From a virus (taxonomy: Duplodnaviria; Caudoviricetes): DNA of 64,000 bases. Within the stretch, counting starts at the first letter, position 1. Every line of letters starts with the position of its first letter. The notes below the pieces were generated by a model, which saw only the letters and a program-made list of their open reading frames with translations, did no database searches and was not told the DNA's origin. Positions 52,134-63,288 of this stretch are shown here, piece by piece. The stretch spans positions 1 through 64,000 of the IMG/VR virus record IMGVR_UViG_3300005937_000001. The stretch is one strand, 5' to 3'. Made by a program: the position numbers and the translations under genes.

Positions 52134-55100
52134 ACCACTGACAGTTGGTTCACCGGTCCTCGGGTCGGTGGCCATTTTACCGCGCCGGCTCTACACCGGC
52201 CCGCTCACCGTCGGTCGTCCCGTCATCAAGATCGCCGATCTGTTCGGTGAGCCCGTCGATCTCACCGTCGGCAGTCCCATCATCGAGGATGCGCCGCTCT
52301 ATCCGACGTTTCCCTGGTTCAACGGCCAGGTCGAAATTCTGAACGACTGGAGCCGACGCGATCCCGAAGTCTGGCCGCTTAACTGCCTGAAGTACGATCC
52401 CGAAGACGGTAGCGAGTGCAAAGAGGCGTTGTTCAGCAACTTCAACGCCAAGCTGATGCTGGAGTGCGACGGCGAAAGCTTGATCGGCCGTACCGTCCCA
52501 GGCCGCGGCGTCGCCAAGAAAATTCCGTTGATGCCGCCGCTCGCGTTCATCGATGGTCAGCTGCAGATCGAAGGGCCCCTCGGCGGCTTCGGTGAGACCG
52601 AAGACCCACTCATCGTCGAGGATGAAGTTCTCAAGCTCAAGATCGATGAACCGCTGGAGATCATCAACGGCAAGCTGACGGTCGAGCTGCCGCCTGGCCA
52701 GCCGCCCATCCTCGCAATTCGCGTTCTCACTTCGACCGGCGAGTTCATCCCCACGCCAGGCATGAGCTGCAGCATCGTCGAGATGGTCGGTGCAGGCGGC
52801 GGAGCTGCCGGCCTTTCTGGCGGCGCCGGCGGCTACAGCTGGTCGCCTGGTGGCGGCAGCGGATCGTACAGTCGATCGCTCCTCACCAAGGAGCAGATCG
52901 GCAGCTCAATTTCGATAGTCGTCGGACTTGGTGGAAATGGCGGCGGTGCTAATCAACCTGGCTCGAACGGCGGTCTTTCAAGCTTCGGCTCGTTGGTCAT
53001 CGCCAATGGCGGAAAGGGCGCCACGATATGGCAAGGTGGTCTCGGCGGTGATCCTGGCACCGGCGACTTCACCTCTGCAGGCAACGCCGGCGGTGGCTAC
53101 AGCGGCATCAATGGAGCTGCAGTTGAAAATGGCTTTGGCGGCGCCAGCTTCTTCGGCGGCTCGACGCCAGGCCAGTATTGGGACGCGATACGCAACGGCT
53201 TGCCTGGTGCCAAGTATGGCGCGGGTGGAGCGGGTGCTAGTAACGCAGCGCAAACCGCAGGATTGTCAGGAGGCCGCGGCGCCGATGGCGTCATCGTGGT
53301 CACAGAGTACGCAGCTCCACGCGGCACTAAAGGCGACGTTGGGCCTGCAGGTCCGCAAGGCATACAGGGGCCGCAAGGCGTTCAAGGTCCCATCGGCAGC
53401 ACCGGCCCGCAGGGGCCGCAGGGCGCCGTGGGTCTGCAGGGGCCGCAGGGGCCGATAGGCTTCACTGGAAACGCTGGCCCCGTTGGCCCCAAGGGCGACG
53501 TTGGCCCGCAAGGCGTCCAGGGTATTCAAGGCCTCACTGGTCAGACTGGACCCCAGGGTGTCAAAGGGGACAAAGGCGTTCAGGGCGACACCGGTTCGCA
53601 AGGTCCGCAAGGTAACGTTGGGCCGCAGGGTCCGCTCGGCTTGACCGGCCCAATGGGGCCAGTCGGTGCGACGGGTCCGCAAGGTCCAATCGGCAACACT
53701 GGCCCGCAAGGCCCGCAGGGCACCGGCCTCACCATCCAAGGCACGGTGCCGACCTCAGCTAATCTGCCGACAGGGCTCACCACTGCCGACGCCGGCGACG
53801 GCTACATCACCGCTGACACCGGCCACATGTGGGTGTGGGATGGCGACAGTTGGACCGATGCCGGCAACGTCACAGGTCCTGAAGGTCCGCAGGGTCCCGT
53901 AGGTCCGCAAGGTCCGCAAGGCATTCAAGGCATCGAGGGCGACGTAGGTCCGCAAGGTCCGCAAGGTATCCAAGGCGTGCAGGGCCCAATCGGCAACATC
54001 GGCCCGCAAGGCGTGCAAGGTCCAATCGGATTGACCGGCCCGCAAGGTCCAGTCGGCTCGACCGGCACCGGCGTCACGATGAAGGGTTCGGTCGCCACGT
54101 CGTTTGATCTGCCGGTCACCGCTGTTCAAGGCGACGCCTACATCGTACAGGCCGACGACAGCTTGTGGATTTACAGCGGCTCGCAATGGGTGAACGGCGG
54201 TTCGATCCAGGGCCCGCAAGGCATCCAAGGCACGCAAGGTATCCAGGGCGTACAGGGCCCGAAAGGCGATCAGGGTGATCAAGGCATTGCGGGACCGATC
54301 GGCGACATTGGACCAGAGGGACCGATCGGCAACACTGGCGCGCAAGGTCCGCAGGGCGTCAAGGGTGATACTGGTGACACCGGCCCGCAGGGCATCCAAG
54401 GCCCTATCGGCAACACCGGCCCGCAGGGCGTCAAGGGCGACACCGGTGACACCGGCCTGCAGGGCATCCAAGGCATTCAAGGTCCAATCGGCAACACCGG
54501 CCCGCAGGGAGAGCAGGGCGTCAAAGGTGATACTGGCGACATCGGCCCGCAGGGTATCCAAGGCGATCAAGGGCCAATCGGTGTGACGGGGCCAGAGGGT
54601 CCAATCGGCCCGCAAGGCGTGCAAGGCATTCAGGGCGTCGTCGGCCCGATCGGCTTGACGGGTCCGCAAGGCACCAACGCCTACACCGCGCTCGCTGCCG
54701 GCTTCACCGTCCCGCCGATAGGGCAAACCGTTTCCGTCATGCTCACCGATGCGAGCTGGGTCACTGTTGGTCAGATGATCTGGGTGCAGGACGCTGGCGT
54801 CGGCACCGACACCGCGGGCGCGTTCAAGGTCACTGCCAAAGTTGGTAACACCATCACGCTGCTCAACATCGATCTTGGCGGACCTGGTGGCGTACCCGAC
54901 GCGCCGCTCACAGGCACCCTGTACGCGCGCAGGAACGGCACTTGGGTTGCTATCAACAGTTTCCCCGAGGCACCGCTCGACGGTGCACAGTACGCGAGAA
55001 AGTCAGCGAGCTGGCAGATTGTCGCGACGCTGCCCGAGGCACCGCAGAACGGTCTCCCGTTCGTGCGCAAGGACGGCGCCTGGGCTGCTACGATAGTCGA

Positions 55101-55503
55101 CGTTCCGACTGACAATAAATTTTACTTCCGTAAAGACGGCGCGTGGATCGAGCAGAAGGTGCCGTTCGCATTTCCGATCGCCGGCCGACCCGTTGCGAAT
55201 ATGCGGATCAACGTGCCGATGGCGATCGCGATCATCATCCCTTCTGGTCTCACTGGATCAATTGGCTACGGCGGCACTGCAGCGACAGCGTCGACGCAGT
55301 TCGTTCTCAATAAAGTCACCATGGGAGGATCGATAACGCAGCTCGGCACCGTCACCGCGCCCGCTGGCTCTAGCGGCCCATTCACGTTCGCAGGCGCAGG
55401 CGGACCACTCGCAGCGGGTGAGATGCTGCAGATCGCAGCGCCGGCCACGCCGGACAACACGCTCGCCAATCTCGGCATAACAATCCTGGCGACGAGGGCG
55501 TGA
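52105..55503 (+). CDS. collagen-like accessory fibre (Gly-rich domain, interrupted Gly-X-Y, four foldon-like repeats)
   Basis: Gly-X-Y runs 53323-54672; PEAP.DG..Y.RK.G.W repeats 54892-55152. Confidence 0.9.
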   Translation: MALQTFPLPKPLTVGSPVLGSVAILPRRLYTGPLTVGRPVIKIADLFGEPVDLTVGSPIIEDAPLYPTFPWFNGQVEILNDWSRRDPEVWPLNCLKYDPEDGSECKEALFSNFNAKLMLECDGESLIGRTVPGRGVAKKIPLMPPLAFIDGQLQIEGPLGGFGETEDPLIVEDEVLKLKIDEPLEIINGKLTVELPPGQPPILAIRVLTSTGEFIPTPGMSCSIVEMVGAGGGAAGLSGGAGGYSWSPGGGSGSYSRSLLTKEQIGSSISIVVGLGGNGGGANQPGSNGGLSSFGSLVIANGGKGATIWQGGLGGDPGTGDFTSAGNAGGGYSGINGAAVENGFGGASFFGGSTPGQYWDAIRNGLPGAKYGAGGAGASNAAQTAGLSGGRGADGVIVVTEYAAPRGTKGDVGPAGPQGIQGPQGVQGPIGSTGPQGPQGAVGLQGPQGPIGFTGNAGPVGPKGDVGPQGVQGIQGLTGQTGPQGVKGDKGVQGDTGSQGPQGNVGPQGPLGLTGPMGPVGATGPQGPIGNTGPQGPQGTGLTIQGTVPTSANLPTGLTTADAGDGYITADTGHMWVWDGDSWTDAGNVTGPEGPQGPVGPQGPQGIQGIEGDVGPQGPQGIQGVQGPIGNIGPQGVQGPIGLTGPQGPVGSTGTGVTMKGSVATSFDLPVTAVQGDAYIVQADDSLWIYSGSQWVNGGSIQGPQGIQGTQGIQGVQGPKGDQGDQGIAGPIGDIGPEGPIGNTGAQGPQGVKGDTGDTGPQGIQGPIGNTGPQGVKGDTGDTGLQGIQGIQGPIGNTGPQGEQGVKGDTGDIGPQGIQGDQGPIGVTGPEGPIGPQGVQGIQGVVGPIGLTGPQGTNAYTALAAGFTVPPIGQTVSVMLTDASWVTVGQMIWVQDAGVGTDTAGAFKVTAKVGNTITLLNIDLGGPGGVPDAPLTGTLYARRNGTWVAINSFPEAPLDGAQYARKSASWQIVATLPEAPQNGLPFVRKDGAWAATIVDVPTDNKFYFRKDGAWIEQKVPFAFPIAGRPVANMRINVPMAIAIIIPSGLTGSIGYGGTAATASTQFVLNKVTMGGSITQLGTVTAPAGSSGPFTFAGAGGPLAAGEMLQIAAPATPDNTLANLGITILATRA
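53323..54672 (+). repeat. collagen Gly-X-Y repeat tract (GPQG-rich) with two globular interruptions
   Basis: GGC/GGT CCG CAA/CAG GGC periodicity. Confidence 0.95.
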
Positions 55504-56318
55504 TGCCGCAAATTTTTCTCTTCACTGATGGTACTTCTACATACGTTCGGTACTGGTCTGATCCTGGCGACTGGAATCCAGACGACAACACGGTCGAGTG
55601 TCTTGGCGCCGGCGGCAGAGGCGCGGCGCAGATAGCCGCCCCTCAGGACAACAGTTGGGCTGGCGGAGGTTCGGGTGGCGGTGCTTACGCCAAGGGCGTC
55701 AATATCAACCCAGCTTTCCCTGTTCCCTATGTCGTGCAGCCGCAGTCATTAGTCTACTCACCTTCTACCCTCTATCACACCGTCTTCGGTTCTACTGCGT
55801 ACTACTTTCAAGACCCGCGTCCTGGCGTCGTGCAGGCGGAGTGTGGCTCTGCTGGAATAGGCGGCAACCCTCAAACGGCTCCTGGCGGTCAGTGGAAATA
55901 CCCAACGGGATATGCTGGAGGATCAGGTGGAGGTGGTTGGGCGCAGCTCGGTGGTGCGCCTTACGGCGGTGGTGGCGGCGGTGCAGCTGGACCGCACGGC
56001 GCCGGTGGCAATGGCACGGCCGCCAATGCCAGCACGCTTGGTACGCCTGGCTACGGTGACGCTGGCTACACTGCCGCACCTGGGCAAGGCGGAGCTGGCG
56101 TCAACGGCACGCAGTGGGGTTCATGTGGCTGCGGCTCTGCCACCTGGGGCGGCTGGCCGGAGTACGGGCCGCAGAACGGCGGCAACTACGGCGCCGGCGC
56201 CGGTGGTGCGACTGGCATGCTCACTGGTGCTCGATACCAAGCGGCCGGCAGTCCTGGCCTCATCGTCATCACCTATACGCCGCGCGTGTCGAACGAAATC
56301 GTGATGGTCATAGTCTGA
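55500..56318 (+). CDS. glycine-rich fibre-associated protein
   Basis: WNPDDNTVECLGAGG...GGGSGGGAYAK...GSPGLIVITY. Confidence 0.8.
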   Translation: MMPQIFLFTDGTSTYVRYWSDPGDWNPDDNTVECLGAGGRGAAQIAAPQDNSWAGGGSGGGAYAKGVNINPAFPVPYVVQPQSLVYSPSTLYHTVFGSTAYYFQDPRPGVVQAECGSAGIGGNPQTAPGGQWKYPTGYAGGSGGGGWAQLGGAPYGGGGGGAAGPHGAGGNGTAANASTLGTPGYGDAGYTAAPGQGGAGVNGTQWGSCGCGSATWGGWPEYGPQNGGNYGAGAGGATGMLTGARYQAAGSPGLIVITYTPRVSNEIVMVIV

Positions 56319-57946
56319 TGGCGGAAATCAACCCGCTCGCAGACCCTGGCAAAAACGTAAGCAGCGGTGGCTGGGTCTCTCCGGCTGGCGAATCTGGATT
56401 ACAGGGCCCGCAAGGCACGCAGGGCACGCAGGGCACGCAGGGCATTCAAGGCGTGCAAGGCGACACCGGCGCGCAGGGTCCGCAAGGCGTCAAGGGCGAC
56501 ACCGGCGACACCGGCCCGCAGGGTGTCAAAGGCGACACCGGCAACACTGGCGCGCAAGGTCCGCAGGGCATTCAGGGGCCCGTCGGCGCCGGTCTGCAAA
56601 TTCAAGGGCACGTCGCAGACGCTGCAAGCCTGCCGACGGGACTGACAACCGCCGACGCTGGCAAGGCATGGGTCACCGACGACACCGGCCACACCTGGAC
56701 GTGGAGCGGCACAGCTTGGGTCGATGTCGGTGCGCTCGAAGGCGCGCCTGGTGCGGATGGCCCTCCTGGTCCTGCAGGGGCTGATGGGCCTGAAGGTCCT
56801 GGCTATCGCGCCACCAGCACGACGTCGGACACGATCTCGCTCGGCCCGCATACCTTTACCGTTCCAGCCGGCCTCGCGTACACGCCAGGCGCCCGTGTAC
56901 GCGTGGCCTCGCAGAGCGATCCCGAGCAGTGGATGGAGGGTGAGTGCACCGCTTACAGCGGCACCTCGCTCACCATCAACGTCGACGACACCAGCGCGAT
57001 TGCCGATCCCGCTGGCAGTTATGTCTCCAAGGCCGGCGACACGATGACCGGCGATCTAACCGTCAATAAGAACACACCGACTTTAATTCTCAACAAGACC
57101 GCAAGCGATCAGAATGCGATGCTCTACTCGCAAGTTAATGGAAGCTCGCGCTGGGCTTTCGTTATCGGCGACAACGATCCAGAGACGGGTGGCAACGTTG
57201 GTACCAACTTTGCCATCGGCAGTTACGCAGACAATGGTTCTTATCTACGCACGCCACTGCGGTTTGATCGAGCAACTGGACTTGGTGTTGTATCCGGCAA
57301 TCCAGTTGCTGCACTCGGCATAGCGACCAAGCAGTATGTCGACACTCATCCGCTATCGACGCATACCGTGCTCAACACAGTTGGCTCGGGCACGTACACC
57401 ACACCAGCAAATTGCAGACGTCTCAAAGTCAGGCTGCTCGGCGGCGGCGCGGGTGGCAGCAGCTTCAACGTAAACGGACAGTCCGGCGGCAACACCATAT
57501 TCGGCCCAGCAACGGCAGGTGGAGGGCAGGGCACTGGCGGTTACTACCTCTCTGGCGCTGGCGGCGTTGTGACTGGTTGCGATTTTGCTGTCCGAGGTGC
57601 TTCAGCATCTGCCATCGCGAGCGCTAACCTATCGCAAGATCGTGGTGGTGGGACGGGCGCATCTGGTCCCTTTGGCGGTGCCGGTGCTGGGAGCTGGGCG
57701 ACTACTGCAGCTGGAGCCGCTTCAGCGAATAGCGGCAGCGGTGGTGGCGGCGGTGGTTCGAACGGCAGTAGCAATCCTGGTGCAGGCGGCGCCGCCGGCG
57801 GCTACGGTGAATTGGTCATCGATAATCCTGCTGCATCTTACTCCTATACTGTTGGTGCAGGCGGACTTGGTGCAACAGCTGGCACTAACTCAGGCGCCGG
57901 TGGTGCCGGTGGTTCAGGGGTCATTCTTATCGAGGCAATCTTCTGA
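56318..57946 (+). CDS. collagen-like fibre with Gly-rich C-terminal domain
   Basis: [11 protein letters not shown] + Gly-X-Y; [13 protein letters not shown] fibre motif; [19 protein letters not shown] Gly-rich domain. Confidence 0.85.
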   Translation: MAEINPLADPGKNVSSGGWVSPAGESGLQGPQGTQGTQGTQGIQGVQGDTGAQGPQGVKGDTGDTGPQGVKGDTGNTGAQGPQGIQGPVGAGLQIQGHVADAASLPTGLTTADAGKAWVTDDTGHTWTWSGTAWVDVGALEGAPGADGPPGPAGADGPEGPGYRATSTTSDTISLGPHTFTVPAGLAYTPGARVRVASQSDPEQWMEGECTAYSGTSLTINVDDTSAIADPAGSYVSKAGDTMTGDLTVNKNTPTLILNKTASDQNAMLYSQVNGSSRWAFVIGDNDPETGGNVGTNFAIGSYADNGSYLRTPLRFDRATGLGVVSGNPVAALGIATKQYVDTHPLSTHTVLNTVGSGTYTTPANCRRLKVRLLGGGAGGSSFNVNGQSGGNTIFGPATAGGGQGTGGYYLSGAGGVVTGCDFAVRGASASAIASANLSQDRGGGTGASGPFGGAGAGSWATTAAGAASANSGSGGGGGGSNGSSNPGAGGAAGGYGELVIDNPAASYSYTVGAGGLGATAGTNSGAGGAGGSGVILIEAIF

Positions 57947-58692
57947 TGACGTTCACAGACTGGAGCGTAAATATCGCAGGATTGCGCGGGCGTGGCGCTG
58001 GACCAACTGGACCCAAAGGTGACACCGGCGCGCAAGGATCACAAGGCGCGCAAGGAATAAGTGGACCGCAAGGCTCCAACGCGTACACCACGACGACCGC
58101 GCCCTTCACTGTTCCGCCTGTTGGTCAGACTGTCAGCGTTACGCTCGCCGATGCGAGCTGGATCACCATCGGCCAGATCGTGTGGGTGCAGACCGCGGGC
58201 GGTTCGGGCAACGCCGGCGCGCTGCGCGTCACCGCTAAGGCCGGCAACACCGTCACGCTGCTCAACCAAGAAGGTGGACCCGCGGGCATTCCTGATGCTG
58301 TCGATAGCAAGACGTACGTGAGAAGATACGGCGCGTGGGTCGAGCTGACGATCCCCGTTGTATTCCCATTCGCAGGCAAACCTCTCGCCAGTGCCAAGGT
58401 CGTTGTACCAATGGCGATTGGACTAATTATTCCTGCAAATCTTACGGGCTCGACGGGCTACACCACCGTCAACTCAACAGGTTCTCCAGTGTTCACAGTC
58501 AATAAATTGGCTACCGACGGCACCGCGACTACAATTGGATCGATCACGTTTTCGGCGGGAGTACGTGCCGCCGCAGCTGCCGGTGCAGGTGGCTCGCTCG
58601 CTATCGGCGAAGCACTTCAGCTTGTTGCGCCGGCGTCGCCAGACGCGACACTTGCTGATCTTGGCATTTCTATTCTTGCAGCGAGGGCGTGA
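57946..58692 (+). CDS. short fibre protein, paralog of the C-terminus of 52105..55503
   Basis: NAYT...FTVPP.GQTVSV.L.DASW, one foldon-like repeat, FPFAGKP...LADLGISILAARA. Confidence 0.8.
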   Translation: MTFTDWSVNIAGLRGRGAGPTGPKGDTGAQGSQGAQGISGPQGSNAYTTTTAPFTVPPVGQTVSVTLADASWITIGQIVWVQTAGGSGNAGALRVTAKAGNTVTLLNQEGGPAGIPDAVDSKTYVRRYGAWVELTIPVVFPFAGKPLASAKVVVPMAIGLIIPANLTGSTGYTTVNSTGSPVFTVNKLATDGTATTIGSITFSAGVRAAAAAGAGGSLAIGEALQLVAPASPDATLADLGISILAARA

Positions 58693-59531
58693 TGCCACGC
58701 GCATATCTCACTACGCCTGGCAATAACGCTGTTCAGTACTGGCCCCGCCCCGACGATTGGAACCCAAACGACAACACAGTCGAGGTGATTGGCGCAGGAT
58801 TTCTAGGTGGCATTCAGGGTTTCGCACCGCGAATGGCACCGCACGAAGCGGGCGCGCCAGCTCCACGGGCAATCACCTACGGTGGAGGCGGTGGCGGCGG
58901 AGGTGCTTACGCCAAGGGCGTTAATCTCGATCCAACGTTTCCTGTGCCTTGTATCATCGCCTCAGGAAGCTCTTATGGATCGGCTGGATATCATTCTGGC
59001 TTCAACATCACGACCCCTACTCCGACGTACGCTCCTGGCATGGTCGTGGCGCGCAATGGCGACCCTGCTGGATCGTATTCTGGCCTCGGTGGTCAAGGCG
59101 GCCCCGCTTTTTATCCAACCGGTTTCAAGGGTGGCAACGGCGGCAACGCACCAAATCAAAGTGATGGCAAGGGTGCAGGTGGCGGCGGTGCTGGCGGTCC
59201 TAATGGTGCAGGCAGCAACGGCGGCAACTCAACATCTGCTGCTGGAGGGACTGGCGGAGCCGCTGATGGCGGGACTGTTGCAGGTAGCGCAGCAAGAGAA
59301 GACGGCCGCAGCGGGCAAGAGTGGGATATGTCGCATGGTTGCGGCGCAGGTGGCGGTGGGCTCACCGGCGGCGTTCCTGTTCAAGGACTCACTGGTCTGG
59401 GCGGTAAGTATGGTGGTGGCGGTGGAGGTTCTACGAGTGGCACAAACCAACCTGGCTCTGGCGGCGACGCTCTCATCATTATCACCTGGACATCGCTACC
59501 TCCTGTTCCGCGAGCGCTCATCCTGACCTAA
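58689..59531 (+). CDS. glycine-rich protein, paralog of 55500..56318
   Basis: WNPNDNTVEVIGAG...GGGAYAKGVNL.P.FPVP. Confidence 0.8.
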   Translation: MMPRAYLTTPGNNAVQYWPRPDDWNPNDNTVEVIGAGFLGGIQGFAPRMAPHEAGAPAPRAITYGGGGGGGGAYAKGVNLDPTFPVPCIIASGSSYGSAGYHSGFNITTPTPTYAPGMVVARNGDPAGSYSGLGGQGGPAFYPTGFKGGNGGNAPNQSDGKGAGGGGAGGPNGAGSNGGNSTSAAGGTGGAADGGTVAGSAAREDGRSGQEWDMSHGCGAGGGGLTGGVPVQGLTGLGGKYGGGGGGSTSGTNQPGSGGDALIIITWTSLPPVPRALILT

Positions 59532-59533
59532 CC

Positions 59534-60649
59534 ATGTCTCTTCCTGGTCAAGCAGTCAGCACTGGTGCAGAAGTCTCTCCCGCGGGCGACGGCGGCCTGC
59601 AGGGTGTGCAAGGCGTGCAAGGACCAGTTGGGCCCGCAAGCACGGTGCCAGGCCCACAGGGCATTCAGGGAATACAAGGCGTGCCTGGCCCTGGTTACGC
59701 ATCGACGAGCCCGACCTCGAATGCCATCGGCACCGGCTTAAAAACTTTCACCACTCAGCTCGGGCTTGCATACACCGCGGGCGCGCGTGCGCGCATCTCC
59801 TCACGCGGCACGCCGACGAAGTGGATGGAAGGCATCGTCAACGCCTACGATCCAGCAAGCGGCGTGCTGCAGCTCAACGTCGACATGACCAGCGACACTG
59901 CCGCAGCTGCAGCCACTCCCACGCCGATTGTGTTTCGCAATTATCTCGGCGGGCTCGAGTTGGCGCCTGCTGCAACTACGATCACGATCGCGACCGGTTG
60001 CGCCTGCTCCGATGATGGCTCGACGATGATGACGCTGTCAGCGGCGATCACCAAGGTGATCAACGCTGCTTGGTCTGCGGGCAATGGCAATGGTGGTCTC
60101 GACACCGGTGCGATCGCTAACAACACCTGGTACAACGTCTTTTTGATCGGCAACGTGAGCAGCGGCGCAGTCGACGTGCTCTTCGTCGTCGGAGCATTAG
60201 GCTCAATACCGGCGCCGACTATGCCGACGGGCTACACCGTCAAACGACGCATTGGATCGTTCGCTACAGGTTCGACTGGGCAGGTCACACCGTTCACGCA
60301 ACTCGGCGATGATTTTCTTTGGGTAACGACGCCCATAAACTACAGCAACGCCACGATGGTTCAGGCGCAGACCTCGTACTATCTCAGCGTTCCACCAGGC
60401 CTCAAAGTGATCGCTTTCTTCTCGATCCACGTGAATGTGGGCACTGCCAGCTGGATGCTTGTTCAATCGCCAGACGCGACTAATGCGCCCAACGACCCTC
60501 CAGGGAATAACAACATGTACACTCTTCCCCAGAGCAACGATTTTCGCATTCGCACCAACACCAATCAGCAGATCAACATTGGGTGCGGTGCGACGAGCGG
60601 CGGCCTCTATCTCCTCACCAGAGGCTGGAACGATAGTCGGGGCAAATGA
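59534..60649 (+). CDS. fibre protein, N-terminus paralogous to 56318..57946
   Basis: VSPAGDGGLQG; GPGY..TS.....G..TF...GLAYT.GAR.R..S......WMEG. Confidence 0.8.
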   Translation: MSLPGQAVSTGAEVSPAGDGGLQGVQGVQGPVGPASTVPGPQGIQGIQGVPGPGYASTSPTSNAIGTGLKTFTTQLGLAYTAGARARISSRGTPTKWMEGIVNAYDPASGVLQLNVDMTSDTAAAAATPTPIVFRNYLGGLELAPAATTITIATGCACSDDGSTMMTLSAAITKVINAAWSAGNGNGGLDTGAIANNTWYNVFLIGNVSSGAVDVLFVVGALGSIPAPTMPTGYTVKRRIGSFATGSTGQVTPFTQLGDDFLWVTTPINYSNATMVQAQTSYYLSVPPGLKVIAFFSIHVNVGTASWMLVQSPDATNAPNDPPGNNNMYTLPQSNDFRIRTNTNQQINIGCGATSGGLYLLTRGWNDSRGK

Positions 60650-61680
60650 CCTTCACCGATTGGGACATCGACGCTGTAGGCGTGCAGGGACTGCGAGGGC
60701 CGCGAGGATCGACGGCAACCTCAACTCCGAGCGCTGACGCTATCAACCTATCACGTGCAGGACGTGACGGCTTGCTGTGGACGCCGGCCACGCTCAACAA
60801 CCTGATCAATGGCAAGGTGATCTTCACTCCCCCGTACTTCCGCATCAAGACACTGTTGGGAAACGATCCATCTGCAGCGGACCCAGTGTTCTGCGTCATG
60901 CCGGATGCGACGACGATCATCAAGATTACAACGGCCAGCGTGCTCACGATGCTCCCTGGCGTCACTTTTGGGGGGCAGGCATCTTCCGCCGCCATCCGGT
61001 TATGGCTCTACTTGTTTGCCGACGGTCGGCTTGGTGTTCGCTGCAACATGGCGGCGAACAAGATACTCGGGCCACCACCTGATCGGATGACTACCGCGAA
61101 TTTTGCTGCGCCTGGTGCGGCCGGTGTGACTTATGGAAGCTCAAGCGGTCAGATGCTCTATCGGCCGATCGCTTACGTGGACTTTGACTCCGCTCCAGTG
61201 TCGGGCGGTGATTGGTACGGATCACCCAGCCGCATCACGATGGTAGGGCCGAACACGCCAATGCCTGGTGCGCGCTTGCAGGAGAGCGGCCAGGCGCAAC
61301 AGAGCCAAATTACTTGCAACACCGGCGGCTGGACACAAACAACGATCTACAACTACATCCAACCAAGCTGCGTGCAACATGCCGTACGTGTGAGCTGTAA
61401 CTCAGATGGGCATCTCTCGGTCCCAGCTCAGACCGAGTATTGCGTTGCGCAAGTGTTCAGGAACGACGCCACTGCGCTTGCTCAGGTCAATTACTCGTAC
61501 ACATGGACAGCGACTGCTAGCTCCTCGTTCATCATCTACGCTGGCGGCTTCATCGATTATCCATACACGATCGCCAACACGCTCTACCGCCTTTACGTGC
61601 ACCTTTCGGTCAACGGCGGCAACACGCTGTATATTCCGCACGGCGGAGGCTGGATGCAGACCACCGAGCTGATGACATGA
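60646..61680 (+). CDS. accessory fibre / receptor-binding-like protein A
   Basis: MTFTDW N-terminus; paralog of the next gene along its whole length. Confidence 0.75.
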   Translation: MTFTDWDIDAVGVQGLRGPRGSTATSTPSADAINLSRAGRDGLLWTPATLNNLINGKVIFTPPYFRIKTLLGNDPSAADPVFCVMPDATTIIKITTASVLTMLPGVTFGGQASSAAIRLWLYLFADGRLGVRCNMAANKILGPPPDRMTTANFAAPGAAGVTYGSSSGQMLYRPIAYVDFDSAPVSGGDWYGSPSRITMVGPNTPMPGARLQESGQAQQSQITCNTGGWTQTTIYNYIQPSCVQHAVRVSCNSDGHLSVPAQTEYCVAQVFRNDATALAQVNYSYTWTATASSSFIIYAGGFIDYPYTIANTLYRLYVHLSVNGGNTLYIPHGGGWMQTTELMT

Positions 61681-62726
61681 CGTTCACCGATTGGGACATC
61701 AACGTTGCGGGTCAGCTCGGGCAGACGGGACCGACTGGGCCAGCTGGAACAATAGGGTTGAGCACCGACGCGAACAATCTCTCGCGTTTAGGAAGCGACA
61801 GTCTGATCTGGACGCCGGCGACGGTGACCAACAACTTGATCAATGGCAGGGTGACGGCGACGGTCGCTGCCAACACGACCACCTTCTGGATCAAGAACAC
61901 CTTGTCCGGTGGCGATCCATCGCCGAGCTATCCAGTCTACTGCGTAATGCCGGATGCTACTGTCGTGCGGCTCACGGCGGCAACATCGATCACAATTCCG
62001 GCCGGCTTCACCTTTGCTAACCAAGCGACTTCATGGATTCGCATCTGGGTCTATTTGCTAGCAACAGGCGTGCTCGCGGTGCGCTGCTGCATCACCGGAG
62101 GCAAGCTAGCAGGGCCGGCACCCGATCGTATGTCGGTTCTCGCCTTCAGTGGCGCCGGCGTCTTCGGCAACAACTACGCAGCCGCGCCGGCGACCGCGAT
62201 CCCGTATCGTCCAATCGCGTACCTGGACTATGACCTCTCGCCGCAAACAAGCGGCAACTGGATCAATACACCGACCCGCATCACGCAGGTCGGGCCTAAT
62301 ACGTTGATGCCTGGTGCGATGATCCAAGAGCTGGGGCAAGCGCACCAGAGCCAAGTGACTTGCCAAACTGGTGGTTGGACGCAGACGAGCACCTGGTGCT
62401 ACATCCAACCGAGCTTCGTGCAGCACGCAGTGCGGGTCGAGTGCAACGCCGACATGCTGCTCAACTGCGCTGCCTCTAACGAATACATCATGTCGCAGGT
62501 TTGGAGGAATGACGCGACCCCGATCGGACAGATCAACTACGCGTACGGTTGGGCGCAGACTGTAGTGTTTTCATTCATTGCGCATGCTGGCTGCCTCCTC
62601 GATTATCCAGGCACGACAGCAAACACGCTCTACCGTTTGTACTTCCACATCTACGTCAGTGGCTCGAACATCGCGTACTGCCCACATGGTGGCGCGTGGA
62701 TGCAGCTAGCGGAGCTGATGACCTAA
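61677..62726 (+). CDS. accessory fibre / receptor-binding-like protein B
   Basis: MTFTDW N-terminus; YRPIAY.D.D...P.RIT.VGPNT.MPGA..QE.GQA.QSQ.TC.TGGWTQT shared with A. Confidence 0.75.
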   Translation: MTFTDWDINVAGQLGQTGPTGPAGTIGLSTDANNLSRLGSDSLIWTPATVTNNLINGRVTATVAANTTTFWIKNTLSGGDPSPSYPVYCVMPDATVVRLTAATSITIPAGFTFANQATSWIRIWVYLLATGVLAVRCCITGGKLAGPAPDRMSVLAFSGAGVFGNNYAAAPATAIPYRPIAYLDYDLSPQTSGNWINTPTRITQVGPNTLMPGAMIQELGQAHQSQVTCQTGGWTQTSTWCYIQPSFVQHAVRVECNADMLLNCAASNEYIMSQVWRNDATPIGQINYAYGWAQTVVFSFIAHAGCLLDYPGTTANTLYRLYFHIYVSGSNIAYCPHGGAWMQLAELMT

Positions 62727-62737
62727 GGAGAGCAGCA

Positions 62738-63031
62738 ATGGCACTGAGTTATGAAGAGACCGCGAACCTGATGCGGGACGCTACGTTCATCAATCGTATC
62801 AAGATCGCGTGCCTCGTCTACATGCATGAGATCATGAACGAGCCGTACGAGACGCCCGCGCACGTGACGCGTCTGAAGTGGGCACAGAGCGTCTCGCAAA
62901 CACCCGACAGTGTCGCGATGCAGCTCGCGCCGATCGTGGTCATGGACCCCGCTATTCAAGCCGCAGGCGCCAACGTGACCGACTCTGACCTGCAGGTCGC
63001 GGTCGTCGGCGCCATCAACAAAATGCTATGA
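62738..63031 (+). CDS. hypothetical protein, 97 aa
   Basis: AAGGAG RBS; MALSYEETANLMRDATFINRIKIAC. Confidence 0.7.
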   Translation: MALSYEETANLMRDATFINRIKIACLVYMHEIMNEPYETPAHVTRLKWAQSVSQTPDSVAMQLAPIVVMDPAIQAAGANVTDSDLQVAVVGAINKML

Positions 63032-63288
63032 GCTGGAAACGCGAAGGATACTGCTGCAAATGTGGACAGTGCTGTCGTGGCGCGATTGACGGATTACCTG
63101 CTCAGGACGACGGCGCTTGCCCTTATCTGGCAGCGACGAACGCTGCGGGCGAACGTCTCTGCCGTATCCATGACACCGTCGACACCTACTGGGCGCGCGG
63201 CTGCAACGTCTGGCCAAGCGTCCCGCATCACATCGAAGCCTACGACCGTTGCACCTTTACGTTCGTCTGGGTAGACGATGCCGACTAA
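63028..63288 (+). CDS. YkgJ-like cysteine-cluster protein
   Basis: CCKCGQCC...CPYL...CRIH...CNVWP. Confidence 0.7.
   Translation: MSWKREGYCCKCGQCCRGAIDGLPAQDDGACPYLAATNAAGERLCRIHDTVDTYWARGCNVWPSVPHHIEAYDRCTFTFVWVDDAD

Noticed and set aside
60646-62726. Diversity-generating retroelement (VR/TR pair) in the similar C-termini of the two last fibre genes
   Set aside because: Differences are spread over all bases and mostly synonymous rather than adenine-specific; no reverse transcriptase in the window; simple paralogy explains it
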